From positions 1 through 64,000 of the IMG/VR virus record IMGVR_UViG_3300043570_000570: DNA of 64,000 nt; one strand, given 5' to 3'. Shown here piece by piece: positions 48,973 to 58,957 of this stretch (positions are counted from its first letter, which is position 1; every line of letters starts with the position of its first letter). A model generated the notes under the pieces. It had not been told where the DNA came from. It ran no database searches and worked only from the letters and a program-made list of their open reading frames with translations. Position numbers and translations under genes: made by a program. This stretch comes from a virus.

Positions 48973-49929
48973 TTATAATACAGAAGTTACTGTTTGCCAA
49001 CCTGTAGTAGTACTGATACAAAGTTTTTGTAAAGTAGTATCAAAAACTAAAAGACCATTAGCAGGACTTGAAATAGCATTTTTTTGAGTACTAGTCATTC
49101 TTGGAAGTAAAAGTCCTTTGTTTGTACTCTCAATTTCCATAGCAGCAGAAGCATGTATTGCACCACTACTTACATTTATTCCCAGTGTACTTTGGATATT
49201 AAACATCCTAGTATTACGAACAACATAAAATACATTACCTAAAAGTGTTCCAGCATCAGAAAATGTACTAAGGACTAAATTATTAGATCCGGTGTCTGTT
49301 ATACTAAACTCAATCATTTTAACATTATTATCCCTAAAAGATAAATAAGTAGTTCTACTAGGAGAACTCTTATCTAAGTTAACTATGGTATCGCCACTAA
49401 CCTGTTGGATATGTAACAAAGATTTAGGAAACCGTAAACCGATACCAATATTACCGTTTGTGGTAAAAGACATAGCTTCACTTAAGAATACACCATCTCT
49501 GTAGGTTCTAAATGCTCCTACACTATCTGTTTCAAGAGTTGGATTTGAAGCAAAGTCTACATTTACTTGTTCTTGTACAGGATTTCTTTGGATTGTAAAT
49601 CTGTTATCTCCAGAATCATCTAATATATTAAGATATACTGGAGCATCTGTCTTAATAGATAACAAACCTTTTACCATTGTTTCAGTAGTAGATAACTGAA
49701 GTATAGAAAGATTATTAGAAGGATCAACTACTGTAGTTAAAGTAGATGTTATGTTAACACCTCCAGCTAACTTTAAAAATCCACTTCCTCCTCCAAAATT
49801 CTTTGGGCAACAAGTGGGATTATTAATTACACTAACTATAAAGTTTTCTAGTGAAAGACCTACAATATCACTACCAGTAGTAGTAGATTTATATACAAAA
49901 GTTCCGGGTTTTAAAAAAATATCTTTCAT
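48973..49929 (-). CDS. Fibre/decoration protein with shared N-terminal anchor
   Basis: N-terminus paralogous to 50012..50458; GNIGIG..P...LHI and S...GLLLPRMT..Q..AI.SPA.GL.V motifs. Confidence 0.65.
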   Translation of the reverse strand: MKDIFLKPGTFVYKSTTTGSDIVGLSLENFIVSVINNPTCCPKNFGGGSGFLKLAGGVNITSTLTTVVDPSNNLSILQLSTTETMVKGLLSIKTDAPVYLNILDDSGDNRFTIQRNPVQEQVNVDFASNPTLETDSVGAFRTYRDGVFLSEAMSFTTNGNIGIGLRFPKSLLHIQQVSGDTIVNLDKSSPSRTTYLSFRDNNVKMIEFSITDTGSNNLVLSTFSDAGTLLGNVFYVVRNTRMFNIQSTLGINVSSGAIHASAAMEIESTNKGLLLPRMTSTQKNAISSPANGLLVFDTTLQKLCISTTTGWQTVTSVL

Positions 49930-49940
49930 TTAGTGTAGTA

Positions 49941-49970
49941 CAAAAATAGTCTATTTAAAAATTAACACAA
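49941..49970 (-). promoter_or_regulatory. Promoter
   Basis: TTG-N19-TATTTTTG; near copy of 56360-56389. Confidence 0.7.
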
Positions 49971-49984
49971 GAGACTATTAAATT

Positions 49985-50006
49985 AAGGGGAGTATTACCT
50001 CCCCTA
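49985..50006 (-). terminator. Hairpin/terminator
   Basis: AGGGGAG-6nt-CTCCCCT; weak T tract. Confidence 0.5.
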
Positions 50007-50011
50007 TTTAA

Positions 50012-50458
50012 TTAAAGGATTGCGTAATTAATTTTAATTGCTGACAACACAGCGCCTGTAGCGTTGTAGATGCGGATAGCAAAAGAACCTGCAGCAACAC
50101 TCTCAACCGAAAGGTGGATAGAGTAAGCAGCCAATCCAGTAGTGTTGATAGTCAACAAAATAACTGAATCTGCTTTTACATAAGAGTTGTTTACAGTAAA
50201 TACAGCGTTACCTGCAATTGCAATGTTGGTAGTATCAGTAGTGATAACTCCAGCAGGGGCATTCAAAGTAACAGCAGTAGCACGAGAAGTAGCTTGAGTA
50301 ACAGTTCCTTTAGTCAAAGAAACGTTTTTTACACAGCAAGTAGGGTTAGCCAATACACTTATTACAAAATTCTCCAAAGATTCTCCTGGGATAGTATTTG
50401 AGTGCGATGTCTTAGTCTCCTTAAGGTATGTACCTGATTTTAGAATAATATCTTTCAT
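50012..50458 (-). CDS. Head fibre/decoration-like protein
   Basis: GTVTQATS..T.VTLN...G.IT...F.V.NS.V...S.I beta domain after the shared anchor. Confidence 0.6.
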   Translation of the reverse strand: MKDIILKSGTYLKETKTSHSNTIPGESLENFVISVLANPTCCVKNVSLTKGTVTQATSRATAVTLNAPAGVITTDTTNIAIAGNAVFTVNNSYVKADSVILLTINTTGLAAYSIHLSVESVAAGSFAIRIYNATGAVLSAIKINYAIL

Positions 50459-50481
50459 TTTTGTTTTATTTAATTAAGGTT

Positions 50482-50509
50482 AAAAAAGGGGAGAGTATTA
50501 GTCTCCCCT
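50482..50509 (-). terminator. Intrinsic terminator
   Basis: GGGGAGA-7nt-TCTCCCC followed by T6. Confidence 0.75.
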
Positions 50510-50516
50510 ATTTAGA

Positions 50517-51863
50517 TTAGACGTGAAGACTAGTTGGCAATACGTTATTCAACGCAGTAGCAACCGCAGTGCTAAGAGTAGATGATGGTGTACCTGCTAC
50601 AACGCTAGCAGCCAAGATGATAATAGAATGAGTGTTCTCAGACTTCTTCTCAAATCCTACTGGAGAAGACTCTAGGTAAGTGATCTCATACATATCGTAA
50701 AGATTACCACTATTTACATACAAGAAACCGTTAGAATCTTCGTTGTAGATAGGGTTCCAATATCTACGAGCATCAGCAGTAGCAGGCAAGTTATTACCGA
50801 AGTAATGACGCTCCATTTCTGCCATAGCAACACCAGCACCAATAGGATACTTGATCTCTTGAGTAGTAGTTACAGGGATAGCAGCACAGAAGTTTTCGAT
50901 ATCGAAATCTTGAGTGTTGTAAGGACCTTCATGAATTTCTACTTTGAAACGTACCAAGTTGAATACATAAGGAACTGCATCAGGAACACAAGCGTTTCCG
51001 AATTCATCCAAAACATTACCAGTAAGTTTAACACCACAAGCAGTTACAGCAGCAGCAGTTACTAATACTTTTTCCCAAGCAACACCATTGAATACAGGCA
51101 TCAAAGCGATGTCTACCAAAGGAGAAGCAATTTCAAACATTGTGTTACCAGTGGTGTTTGCATCATCAGCTCCGTCAGCATCTGCAGTCAAAGTAATAGT
51201 ACCATAAGTACCAGAAGGGAAAGCAGGTTGCAAAGTAGAACTAATATAAGTAGCAGCAGCACCAGTACCGAATGTATCAGGAATAGTTAATGTGTACTTG
51301 TAAACAGGCAAAGAACCTTTGTAAACGTAGCTAGCAGTTACATACTTGCTCAACAAAGGAGAAGCATTAATTTTAGCAGCAAGATCTCCCATGTAAGTAG
51401 AGCAACCCAAAGAGTCACATCCACCGCCACAGTCAGCGCAACAAGCAGTTTTAATGCTTACTGACTCTTGGATCATAGGTTGGAAAACACCTTTGCTCCA
51501 GTATTCGTCAATTTTCAAAGTAACAACATACTCTTCATCGCAAGAGAAAGAAGGAGTTTTGAAGTCGTTAACTTCATCAAAGCCAATGTAAGAGATTTGC
51601 TGTTTAGTATTGTTATCATGTACAGTTTTAACTGCAGAGATAATGTTAGAAACTTTAATAGCAGAAGTCTTGAAAGAACCGTATTTGCTACCAACTGCAG
51701 CAGATCCGATAGCTACCAAGAAATCAGCATCAGCAGTAGTACCACCAATGTTAGAAAAAGTATTAGGGTTATAAATACCCATTACTTGCTTACCTAAAGC
51801 ATCAGTAGTCAATGAAGTACTTACTGAGGTAGGAACGAAAATTTGTGTGATTTTGTGATTCAT
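50517..51863 (-). CDS. Auxiliary capsid/structural protein
   Basis: 448 aa; position downstream of MCP as in crAss-like head modules; Cys cluster CCADCGGGC. Confidence 0.55.
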   Translation of the reverse strand: MNHKITQIFVPTSVSTSLTTDALGKQVMGIYNPNTFSNIGGTTADADFLVAIGSAAVGSKYGSFKTSAIKVSNIISAVKTVHDNNTKQQISYIGFDEVNDFKTPSFSCDEEYVVTLKIDEYWSKGVFQPMIQESVSIKTACCADCGGGCDSLGCSTYMGDLAAKINASPLLSKYVTASYVYKGSLPVYKYTLTIPDTFGTGAAATYISSTLQPAFPSGTYGTITLTADADGADDANTTGNTMFEIASPLVDIALMPVFNGVAWEKVLVTAAAVTACGVKLTGNVLDEFGNACVPDAVPYVFNLVRFKVEIHEGPYNTQDFDIENFCAAIPVTTTQEIKYPIGAGVAMAEMERHYFGNNLPATADARRYWNPIYNEDSNGFLYVNSGNLYDMYEITYLESSPVGFEKKSENTHSIIILAASVVAGTPSSTLSTAVATALNNVLPTSLHV

Positions 51864-51874
51864 AATTTTATGTT

Positions 51875-52591
51875 TTATTCAGAGTTTTTAGTTAGACGAT
51901 CTTCGGCAAACACAGCTTGTGCTTGATTGTCATTTGATTGGGCAGCAAACTTAACAGCTAGGTCGACAACGTCTGACTTAGCATATTCAGGGAGTTCACA
52001 GTCTTGATTAACAGAACTACTTCCATCAAACTTTACGTAACCCTGGACATCTATGCTAAGGGGATAACGTAAGTATGTAATGTAGACCTGGTCAACTGTA
52101 AACTTACCATCAGTATAGACTGTCAAATTATCATTCCCCAGTGTGGCTATCGTAGTTCTCCACTTAAACGAAGGGTTATAATTATCATCTAGATACTTAG
52201 TAGTAAGTTCTCCGTGTCTAATTAAGTCTATGGTTATTGGCTCAGAACATTTGTTTTCTTTAGCTATAGCGTAAGACGAAATATAGAACATATAGTTTAC
52301 TGCATCTTTCAAAGGGCAGTCATAGCCAATGTGAAAGAGATCGTTTGTTTTAATTGGTTTTAAAAGAACGTTAGATTGTTTTAAGACTTGTAAGTCGTCA
52401 ATCCGTTTTCTGATAGAATCATACCCTACTCTATAAACGTTGTTAGGATTAAGTTTAGTTTTAACCCAACTAACTTGAGCTTTGTTGAGATAAACCATAA
52501 TGTCTTCAATCGGGATATCAATGTTATCCTGACGGTTGACTTTGTTTATGGTTAGTTTAAACTCATAGATGAGTTCCTCAACTGAGATCAT
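51875..52591 (-). CDS. Ring/head-tail connector protein
   Basis: YLNKAQ, KRIDDL, Y.TYLRYP and CELP...VDLAV motifs. Confidence 0.7.
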   Translation of the reverse strand: MISVEELIYEFKLTINKVNRQDNIDIPIEDIMVYLNKAQVSWVKTKLNPNNVYRVGYDSIRKRIDDLQVLKQSNVLLKPIKTNDLFHIGYDCPLKDAVNYMFYISSYAIAKENKCSEPITIDLIRHGELTTKYLDDNYNPSFKWRTTIATLGNDNLTVYTDGKFTVDQVYITYLRYPLSIDVQGYVKFDGSSSVNQDCELPEYAKSDVVDLAVKFAAQSNDNQAQAVFAEDRLTKNSE

Positions 52592-52606
52592 AGTTTTTGT
52601 TTATTT

Positions 52607-53545
52607 TTAGAGAGCGTCAATTCTAGCTTTATTCTTTAACTTATCCTTAAAGGAATCGTATTCTTCAGTGTGTTTAGGGTCAGTTAAGAAAAGTTCAAAC
52701 TCTTCAATTGACTTAGCCCATACATGCTCACCTTCGTATATGATAGAACCTTTAATTCTTACTATGTTTTTGTCTACTAGGTCTTTAACAAGAGCCTTAA
52801 CATCAAGCAAGTCATCACTATAAGAAGTGATTTTTGCAAACTGTTCAATAGGATCTCTGTCCATTGCACTAGCAGGTGTACGTAAGAATTCATCTATAGC
52901 ATTATAAACTTCTTCTTCTGTACTATCCATTGGCAATCCTAAGCCGATAAGTTTCTGAATCTTCTTACGCTTAACTGCAGTCATCTTATCAAGAGATGCA
53001 ATAGCGCTGTTGATCTTTTTCTTGCGTTCAAAGGTTACCTTTGTTTCAACTTCTCCATTGTAAACATAAAACTTTACAATTGAGGTGTCTACTTTTCCAC
53101 TTTCAATGTCATCTAATGAATTGGCTACCATATCAGTCTCCATAATCCAATAGAAATTTACAGCTTCACGGGGGTTCTCCATGTTAAAGATGTTTTCACC
53201 ATCTTCTAGGGTAACTCCGTTTTCTTTCATTTCGTCATAGAACGTACTATTAGGTTCTAAAGATTCGTCAAGGATCGACTCATAGTAATCTTTCAATTGC
53301 TTGATTCGTTGTACCTCAGCTTCTTTTACTTTAGGATCAAAGATGGCTCTGATTTTTGGAGAGTTCTCATCTAATCCTGTCCTAATAACTCCACGTGAAT
53401 CTACACGAGGATAAAACTTTCTTGTTGTTCCTGGAATGAATGAATATCCATTCTGGTACAATGATCCTTCTAACGTACGCATGTTAGAGGGTTCTCTTTT
53501 GTAAGGGCGAATAATGCGCATACCCTTAATGTTGTTGTTACTCAT
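52607..53545 (-). CDS. Conserved crAss-like protein downstream of MCP
   Basis: 312 aa; TGLDE motif; synteny. Confidence 0.6.
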   Translation of the reverse strand: MSNNNIKGMRIIRPYKREPSNMRTLEGSLYQNGYSFIPGTTRKFYPRVDSRGVIRTGLDENSPKIRAIFDPKVKEAEVQRIKQLKDYYESILDESLEPNSTFYDEMKENGVTLEDGENIFNMENPREAVNFYWIMETDMVANSLDDIESGKVDTSIVKFYVYNGEVETKVTFERKKKINSAIASLDKMTAVKRKKIQKLIGLGLPMDSTEEEVYNAIDEFLRTPASAMDRDPIEQFAKITSYSDDLLDVKALVKDLVDKNIVRIKGSIIYEGEHVWAKSIEEFELFLTDPKHTEEYDSFKDKLKNKARIDAL

Positions 53546-53588
53546 TTGGTTTGGTTTTTGGTTTAGGGGTTCTAATCTTTATCTATTT

Positions 53589-53612
53589 GGGAGGAGTGAT
53601 TAAACCCCTCCC
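53589..53612 (-). terminator. Hairpin after MCP
   Basis: GGGAGG...CCTCCC; no clear T tract. Confidence 0.4.
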
Positions 53613-53627
53613 TTATAGAATCGTTAA

Positions 53628-55157
53628 TTAGATACGAGGGAATTCTTTAATGATTACTGACTTAGTAGGATCTTCCAAGAAGATACCGCAGAAGTCTTTC
53701 ATCATGTAGGTGGAGTAAGGATCTTTGCTAGCAACAACAGTTTGTTGGCTTCCGAATCCTACTGAACCTGGGATATACTGATAGTACATGTTAGGACGAG
53801 TAGACAATTTCACTTCACGAATTCCAGCGTCATCTTGACCACTGATATCCAAAATGATAAAGATTGGAGGAGTCTTCTTGTTAGGACCCAATTCCAAGAA
53901 AGTTGCATGCTCATTCAATTGCTCTAGTTCTACGAACTCAACTGGACCAGTTTCAGTAGTCATGAAGTGATCAAATTGGAAAGCATAACCTTGCTTCAAA
54001 CGATCTTTACCATCCATGAACTTACCTGCATCTACCATGAAGTTCTGACCGTTGAAGTCTTTACGGATAGCAGTAGCTGCTAATTCCATACCAGAACGGT
54101 TAGTGTAGATTTTAACGCTACGATCTTTGATCAACACACGGTTGTAGAACAAATCTCCAACAGCAGCACGAATCAAGTTCAAAGAGAACTGACCACGATC
54201 ATAATAGATAACGTTACCCAAGTGAAGTTGTTGCCACAAACCTTGCTTAGCACGAGTTGGACGACCTTTTTCATCTTTAGCGTTACCTTGACGACCCCAC
54301 ATCAATGTGTTGGCCTTCATACGCATCATCTCCATACGAAGCAAACGAGATACTGTAGGCTCCCAACCAACAATCTTGGTCTTTTCGCCAACAGCCATAG
54401 CATCAGTTACAGAATAATAAGTAATGTCTAAAGGATTGCCTGTAGCATCTGTCTGCATACCCAATTTGGTTGCATCAGCCCAGTCAGTGATAGTGTGTTC
54501 AACACCATACTGTTGCAATACATCAGCCATAACTTCTAAGTTACCATCAAACAATCCCAAGCTAGAGAAAGAAGTGGTGAATTCACCCAAGATGTTACCA
54601 ATCTTGAAGTACTCAGTACCGATTTGTAAGAAACGTTGGTTAACGAAATCAGAACTAGAAGCACCAATTGCACGAGCACGGTACTTAAAACCATTCTGAT
54701 ACTTTTCACCTTCAGCTACAACTTGGATCTGAGTTTCTTGCTCATAACGATGTGCAGTGATGATATCGTTTACAACGAATACATTTTTGTCAAACACAAT
54801 CTCGAACTCTTGTCCATCAATACCAGGTTTAGCAATGCTAGAAGCCAAGTTAACAATAACTTTAGGCAATTCAGCACGCTTCTTGATTTTGTAAGTGAAC
54901 ACACCATTAGGATCGTTAACCATGTAGGGCTTACCGCTCTTCATAACTAGGTCGATCAAATCGTTAGAATACAATTTAGTGTCAGTGAATAGACGGATCA
55001 TCATTTTGTCATACTGGTCAGGCTTAGTGCGCAACATAGTTTCTACAAAATTCTTGTCAGTCAATTTACCCAAACCATTCTTAGAATAGAATGAGCTGGT
55101 CATGTGGGCGTTAGCTATAACTCTCCCGTTAACCCTTGGAATACTTTGATTAGGCAT
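53628..55157 (-). CDS. Major capsid protein
   Basis: 509 aa; follows portal and scaffold; GLWQQL, GYAFQF..F and CGIFLEDP motifs typical of crAss-type MCPs. Confidence 0.85.
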   Translation of the reverse strand: MPNQSIPRVNGRVIANAHMTSSFYSKNGLGKLTDKNFVETMLRTKPDQYDKMMIRLFTDTKLYSNDLIDLVMKSGKPYMVNDPNGVFTYKIKKRAELPKVIVNLASSIAKPGIDGQEFEIVFDKNVFVVNDIITAHRYEQETQIQVVAEGEKYQNGFKYRARAIGASSSDFVNQRFLQIGTEYFKIGNILGEFTTSFSSLGLFDGNLEVMADVLQQYGVEHTITDWADATKLGMQTDATGNPLDITYYSVTDAMAVGEKTKIVGWEPTVSRLLRMEMMRMKANTLMWGRQGNAKDEKGRPTRAKQGLWQQLHLGNVIYYDRGQFSLNLIRAAVGDLFYNRVLIKDRSVKIYTNRSGMELAATAIRKDFNGQNFMVDAGKFMDGKDRLKQGYAFQFDHFMTTETGPVEFVELEQLNEHATFLELGPNKKTPPIFIILDISGQDDAGIREVKLSTRPNMYYQYIPGSVGFGSQQTVVASKDPYSTYMMKDFCGIFLEDPTKSVIIKEFPRI

Positions 55158-55186
55158 AGTAGTAATTTATTTTTGTTTTGTTTTGT

Positions 55187-56338
55187 TTATTTGAAATACT
55201 TTGAGAAGGCATCTTCGTTTGACTTGTTAGACGGTGAAGACTTCTTACTCTTAGTTTTAAGATTGTTGAACAGAGAATTGGTTTCATCTGTTACTGCTTT
55301 TCTTTTTACAGGAGACAAGTCCAAATTGCTTTGAACTAGTTTTGCTACAGCTAAGAACTTACTAGGATCTTCTTGACGCATACGAGCTAGTTTGTATTCA
55401 AACTCACTAATACGTTGTCCGTTTGGAAGAACATGAGGCTTAGAAAGAACAAAGTCAAATAGTTCGTTTGCAGCTTGCTCATTGATAGGATAACCTTCAA
55501 TAGAACCTGAAGCAATTGCTCCATCTAATACATCTGCATATAACTGTTCTCTTTCTTCTTCTTTCTGTCTCATCACTTGAACCCTTGCTTCACTCTCTTG
55601 GGCAAGTACTGCTCTTTCCTGTTGCATTTTCTCTACAAGTTTACCGTGGTATTTTTGAGAGTAGGCTTCTAAGCGATCATTGTCCCTAGCGTAGTTAAGT
55701 TGATCTTGGATTTCATCTTCGTCCATTCCTGTTTTAGCTAGATACAAACGGAAAACTCTTTCCTGATTTGATTCTACACTCAAGTCTACATTTTCTACAA
55801 TCTGTTCGTTAGAGAACTTCTGTAAGTATTCTTGTACTGGAACTTTATTAATGAAGATATCTTCGATCATCTGTACTCCTGCTTCTCCGTAGGTTTCTGT
55901 TGCAAGTTGCTCTAGTTGATTCCAAGCCTTGTCTTCGATGGTATCATTCATCTTAGCTAAGAAGGTTTGTTCATTCCATTCGATTTCTTCGCCTTCTTCT
56001 ACATTAAGCATTCCTGCTTGTATAAGACCATTGGCAAAAACCTCAAATTGATTCTCTTCTCCTTCTTCATCTTCGTCATCCTCTAGGTTTACTTCTTCTT
56101 CCTCTTCTTCTGCAGGTGCAGGAGTAGTTTTCTTTTTAGGTAAAGGTAAATCATCATCTCCTAAAGGATCTTCAGAACCTTCTGGCTCTGTTTCCTCAGC
56201 TAGGGGATCGTAATTTTCCCCATTTAAGATGTCTGGTTTGACGTTGGCATTGGGATCTTCTGCGGCATCCTCGAAAGGATCATCCACGGAAAAACTGTCA
56301 AAGAACTCTAAGTTCTCTAATGGATTATCATTAGTCAT
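55187..56338 (-). CDS. Acidic scaffolding-like protein
   Basis: Very acidic N-terminus and helical C-terminus; lies between portal and MCP. Confidence 0.65.
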   Translation of the reverse strand: MTNDNPLENLEFFDSFSVDDPFEDAAEDPNANVKPDILNGENYDPLAEETEPEGSEDPLGDDDLPLPKKKTTPAPAEEEEEEVNLEDDEDEEGEENQFEVFANGLIQAGMLNVEEGEEIEWNEQTFLAKMNDTIEDKAWNQLEQLATETYGEAGVQMIEDIFINKVPVQEYLQKFSNEQIVENVDLSVESNQERVFRLYLAKTGMDEDEIQDQLNYARDNDRLEAYSQKYHGKLVEKMQQERAVLAQESEARVQVMRQKEEEREQLYADVLDGAIASGSIEGYPINEQAANELFDFVLSKPHVLPNGQRISEFEYKLARMRQEDPSKFLAVAKLVQSNLDLSPVKRKAVTDETNSLFNNLKTKSKKSSPSNKSNEDAFSKYFK

Positions 56339-56359
56339 AATGGTTAGTTTGGTTTAATT

Positions 56360-56389
56360 CAAAAATAGTATTTTAAAAAATTAACACAA
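56360..56389 (-). promoter_or_regulatory. Promoter for the head operon
   Basis: TTG-N19-TATTTTTG. Confidence 0.72.
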
Positions 56390-56428
56390 GAGATTAATTA
56401 TTTATGATACGTTATATACAATATGTTG

Positions 56429-56460
56429 AAAAGGGGGATTTTGTAGCTCATAAACCCCCC
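56429..56460 (-). terminator. Putative terminator after the portal gene
   Basis: G-run/C-run stem followed by TTTT. Confidence 0.45.
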
Positions 56461-56474
56461 AATTTCAGATCATT

Positions 56475-58928
56475 CTAGCGCTTTTTTGAGCCAGAATCGT
56501 ATTTGTTTTTATTTGTTTGAGCTATTTTTAGCTTAGTGTCGATATCTTTCTCCTTGAGTGCTAGCTCTTTCTCTTTCAAACTCAGCTCTTTATTCTTAGT
56601 TACTTTCTCGAAAGTTTGTTTAGAAATATCTTGAGCTATTTTAGTTTGTTCAATTAAAAGTCCAGTAGTATCTACTTCTGGATTATAAGAACCTTCGTTA
56701 GCAATACCTTGAAGTTGAACAATCTGAAGTTTGTTCTCACGATCTAACTGTTTGTTCATGTCATCACGTTGAGCTTCTTTCTCATCTTGGGCAGCTTCCA
56801 TTTGCATCTTCTGCTGGAACTGTTCTTGTTGTTGTTGCAACTCTTGCTGTTTAAGTGCTTGATCTTGTTGACGGATAGCTTCTTTACGTTTCTGTACATC
56901 ACCTAATGTCTTACGAAGACTTCTCTCAGAGTTAGCTGTAAACAAGTCTACCATTTCAGAAAGCTCTGCTCCATTCTGCATTGCAGGCTGAGCCAATTGC
57001 TTTAACTGCTCTAGAGTTACTTTGTCTTCTGCGTATGAGGATACAAATACAAACAACTCGTGAAGTAGTTCGTTCTTGCTTACTCGTAGAAATACATTCT
57101 CTAATTCAGAGTTAAGATAGTTAAGCGTAGAAGTAGGTTTCTGCAATTCAATGTACTGAGCCATATCTAGAATAGTCTGATATACTCTTTGAAGTACGTT
57201 GTCATGCCAAGCAAACCAAGTTTCTGTTTGAGCAAAAGATTGAATCAAAGCATTGTTAGCAGCTGTTGCTGTATCTGATGCCTGTGAGTTACCTAGACGT
57301 TGACGAGTAATACCCACTAACTCATAGGCCTCTAGACGAAGTTGTTGAGCTAATTGGATACGTGCTTGGATTTCTTGAGAACGTGTAAGGTCAATACGAG
57401 AGAACTGGTTAAACTGTACAGCTCCTCCTGTATTCTCAATTGAAGTATCAATCAAAAGAGTACCTCTGTTCTTAGCATTCCATAACATTGTCTCAATGGG
57501 ATCTTGAGAGTCTTTTTTAGGAACTACCTTTAAGTCACCTAAGAATACAACACCAATCTCTTTTTCAAGTAATTCCCATAACTGGTTCATACAAATGTTA
57601 TAAAGAACCTGGTAAGGCTTAAGAAGATCTAGAAGAGATTTACCTTGAGTATTACGAGAAGTATTAATGATTCCTACTAATGGACAATCTTGGATAAACT
57701 CTAGAGGTTCTACGTTTACGTAGATATTAGCTCCAATTTTGATTCCTCTCCACCACTCATTGATCCAAAGTTCTTCAACAGAAATATCTCCTAGAGTTTT
57801 ATCCATTTTGTACTCTTCAGATACAAACATCTCTTGTTGGTATCCTTCTTCATCTAGGTAAGTTCTTTTAAAGATTTTTTTCTTAGACTGCCAGTACGAA
57901 GTAATTACCGTATAGGCATGCTGAGAGTTAAAAGAAAATACGTTGTGATCAATACCTCCATTAGCAAAGTCACCTACGTTCTCAAACGTTAATTGCCACA
58001 AAGGATCGTTAGGATCTGGAAGTGCAGGAGCCATAGGAGAGTATTCGTTATTCCTTAAGTTCTGAAGAGAACGATCTCTTAAGTGTTCTACTTCTTCTCC
58101 TGTTAAGGTGTAGCGATCTACAATCTCAGTCATAGAAAGAACTTCAATAAGTCCTAGTGCCCAACAGTCTGTAGTGTACTGAGCATTACGATTGCCTAAG
58201 TACCATACGTTAGAAGGGTTCTCTACTTTATAATTAAATCCTAAGCGAGAATTATCAGGGTAGAAGTGGTGAAACTCTTTACCTGTTACTAAGAAGTCTA
58301 GAAATGATTGTTGAGATTTATCTCTAAAGTTAAAATGATATTTAAGAGCATTAAGAGTTTTGTTACCCCATTCTTCAGCAACTGAAGTATAATCCAAGAT
58401 TTTATTCTGAATGTCTTGCTCCATCTGTGCTCTTTGTTCAGGATCAATTTCTTGTCCTTCTAGCTGAGCTTCTAAGTTTTTTAAGAAGTGTTCTTTAATT
58501 AACTCTGTTCTAAAGTCAATAGTTTCGTTAATCGCTTCATCATCTACAGCTTTTACTTTGTATTTGTGAGGACGGTTAATCAACTCTCCTTTTAACTGAT
58601 TGATAGGAGGGTTTACTATTGGATAGTGCTTTAAGTGCTGAGGAACATCTGGATCCTGGTTAGGAGCATCTTCCAAGTAACTAATTAGCTCTTGATAGTC
58701 TGCTACGTTTGTATAGTCAGCAAAGTTAAATTCACCGTTAAGTAAGCGGTAGTTCTTTCTAAATTCTACGTTCTGCTTGTATTGTGCAAATGCAATATTT
58801 GCAAAGTAGTCCATAGTAGACTTTACCCAATGCTCAGACTGCTTCTCTTTTAAGCTTACAAATTGCTCAGGGTAGAAGTAGGCATGATTGACAGGGTCAG
58901 TATGCTCTTTAAATGCTTCAATAATCAT
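56475..58928 (-). CDS. Portal protein
   Basis: 817 aa; HYPI..P.IN.L.GE, W.NE.W.G.KIG, LKPYQ.LYN and GITRQRLG motifs; Q-rich tail. Confidence 0.88.
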   Translation of the reverse strand: MIIEAFKEHTDPVNHAYFYPEQFVSLKEKQSEHWVKSTMDYFANIAFAQYKQNVEFRKNYRLLNGEFNFADYTNVADYQELISYLEDAPNQDPDVPQHLKHYPIVNPPINQLKGELINRPHKYKVKAVDDEAINETIDFRTELIKEHFLKNLEAQLEGQEIDPEQRAQMEQDIQNKILDYTSVAEEWGNKTLNALKYHFNFRDKSQQSFLDFLVTGKEFHHFYPDNSRLGFNYKVENPSNVWYLGNRNAQYTTDCWALGLIEVLSMTEIVDRYTLTGEEVEHLRDRSLQNLRNNEYSPMAPALPDPNDPLWQLTFENVGDFANGGIDHNVFSFNSQHAYTVITSYWQSKKKIFKRTYLDEEGYQQEMFVSEEYKMDKTLGDISVEELWINEWWRGIKIGANIYVNVEPLEFIQDCPLVGIINTSRNTQGKSLLDLLKPYQVLYNICMNQLWELLEKEIGVVFLGDLKVVPKKDSQDPIETMLWNAKNRGTLLIDTSIENTGGAVQFNQFSRIDLTRSQEIQARIQLAQQLRLEAYELVGITRQRLGNSQASDTATAANNALIQSFAQTETWFAWHDNVLQRVYQTILDMAQYIELQKPTSTLNYLNSELENVFLRVSKNELLHELFVFVSSYAEDKVTLEQLKQLAQPAMQNGAELSEMVDLFTANSERSLRKTLGDVQKRKEAIRQQDQALKQQELQQQQEQFQQKMQMEAAQDEKEAQRDDMNKQLDRENKLQIVQLQGIANEGSYNPEVDTTGLLIEQTKIAQDISKQTFEKVTKNKELSLKEKELALKEKDIDTKLKIAQTNKNKYDSGSKKR

Positions 58929-58957
58929 TTTAGTATATTTGTTTTAGTTTAGTAGTA

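Noticed and set aside
58934-58941. Plus-strand TATATTTG antisense to terL
   Set aside because: No -33 element; explained as the complement of the A-rich portal leader
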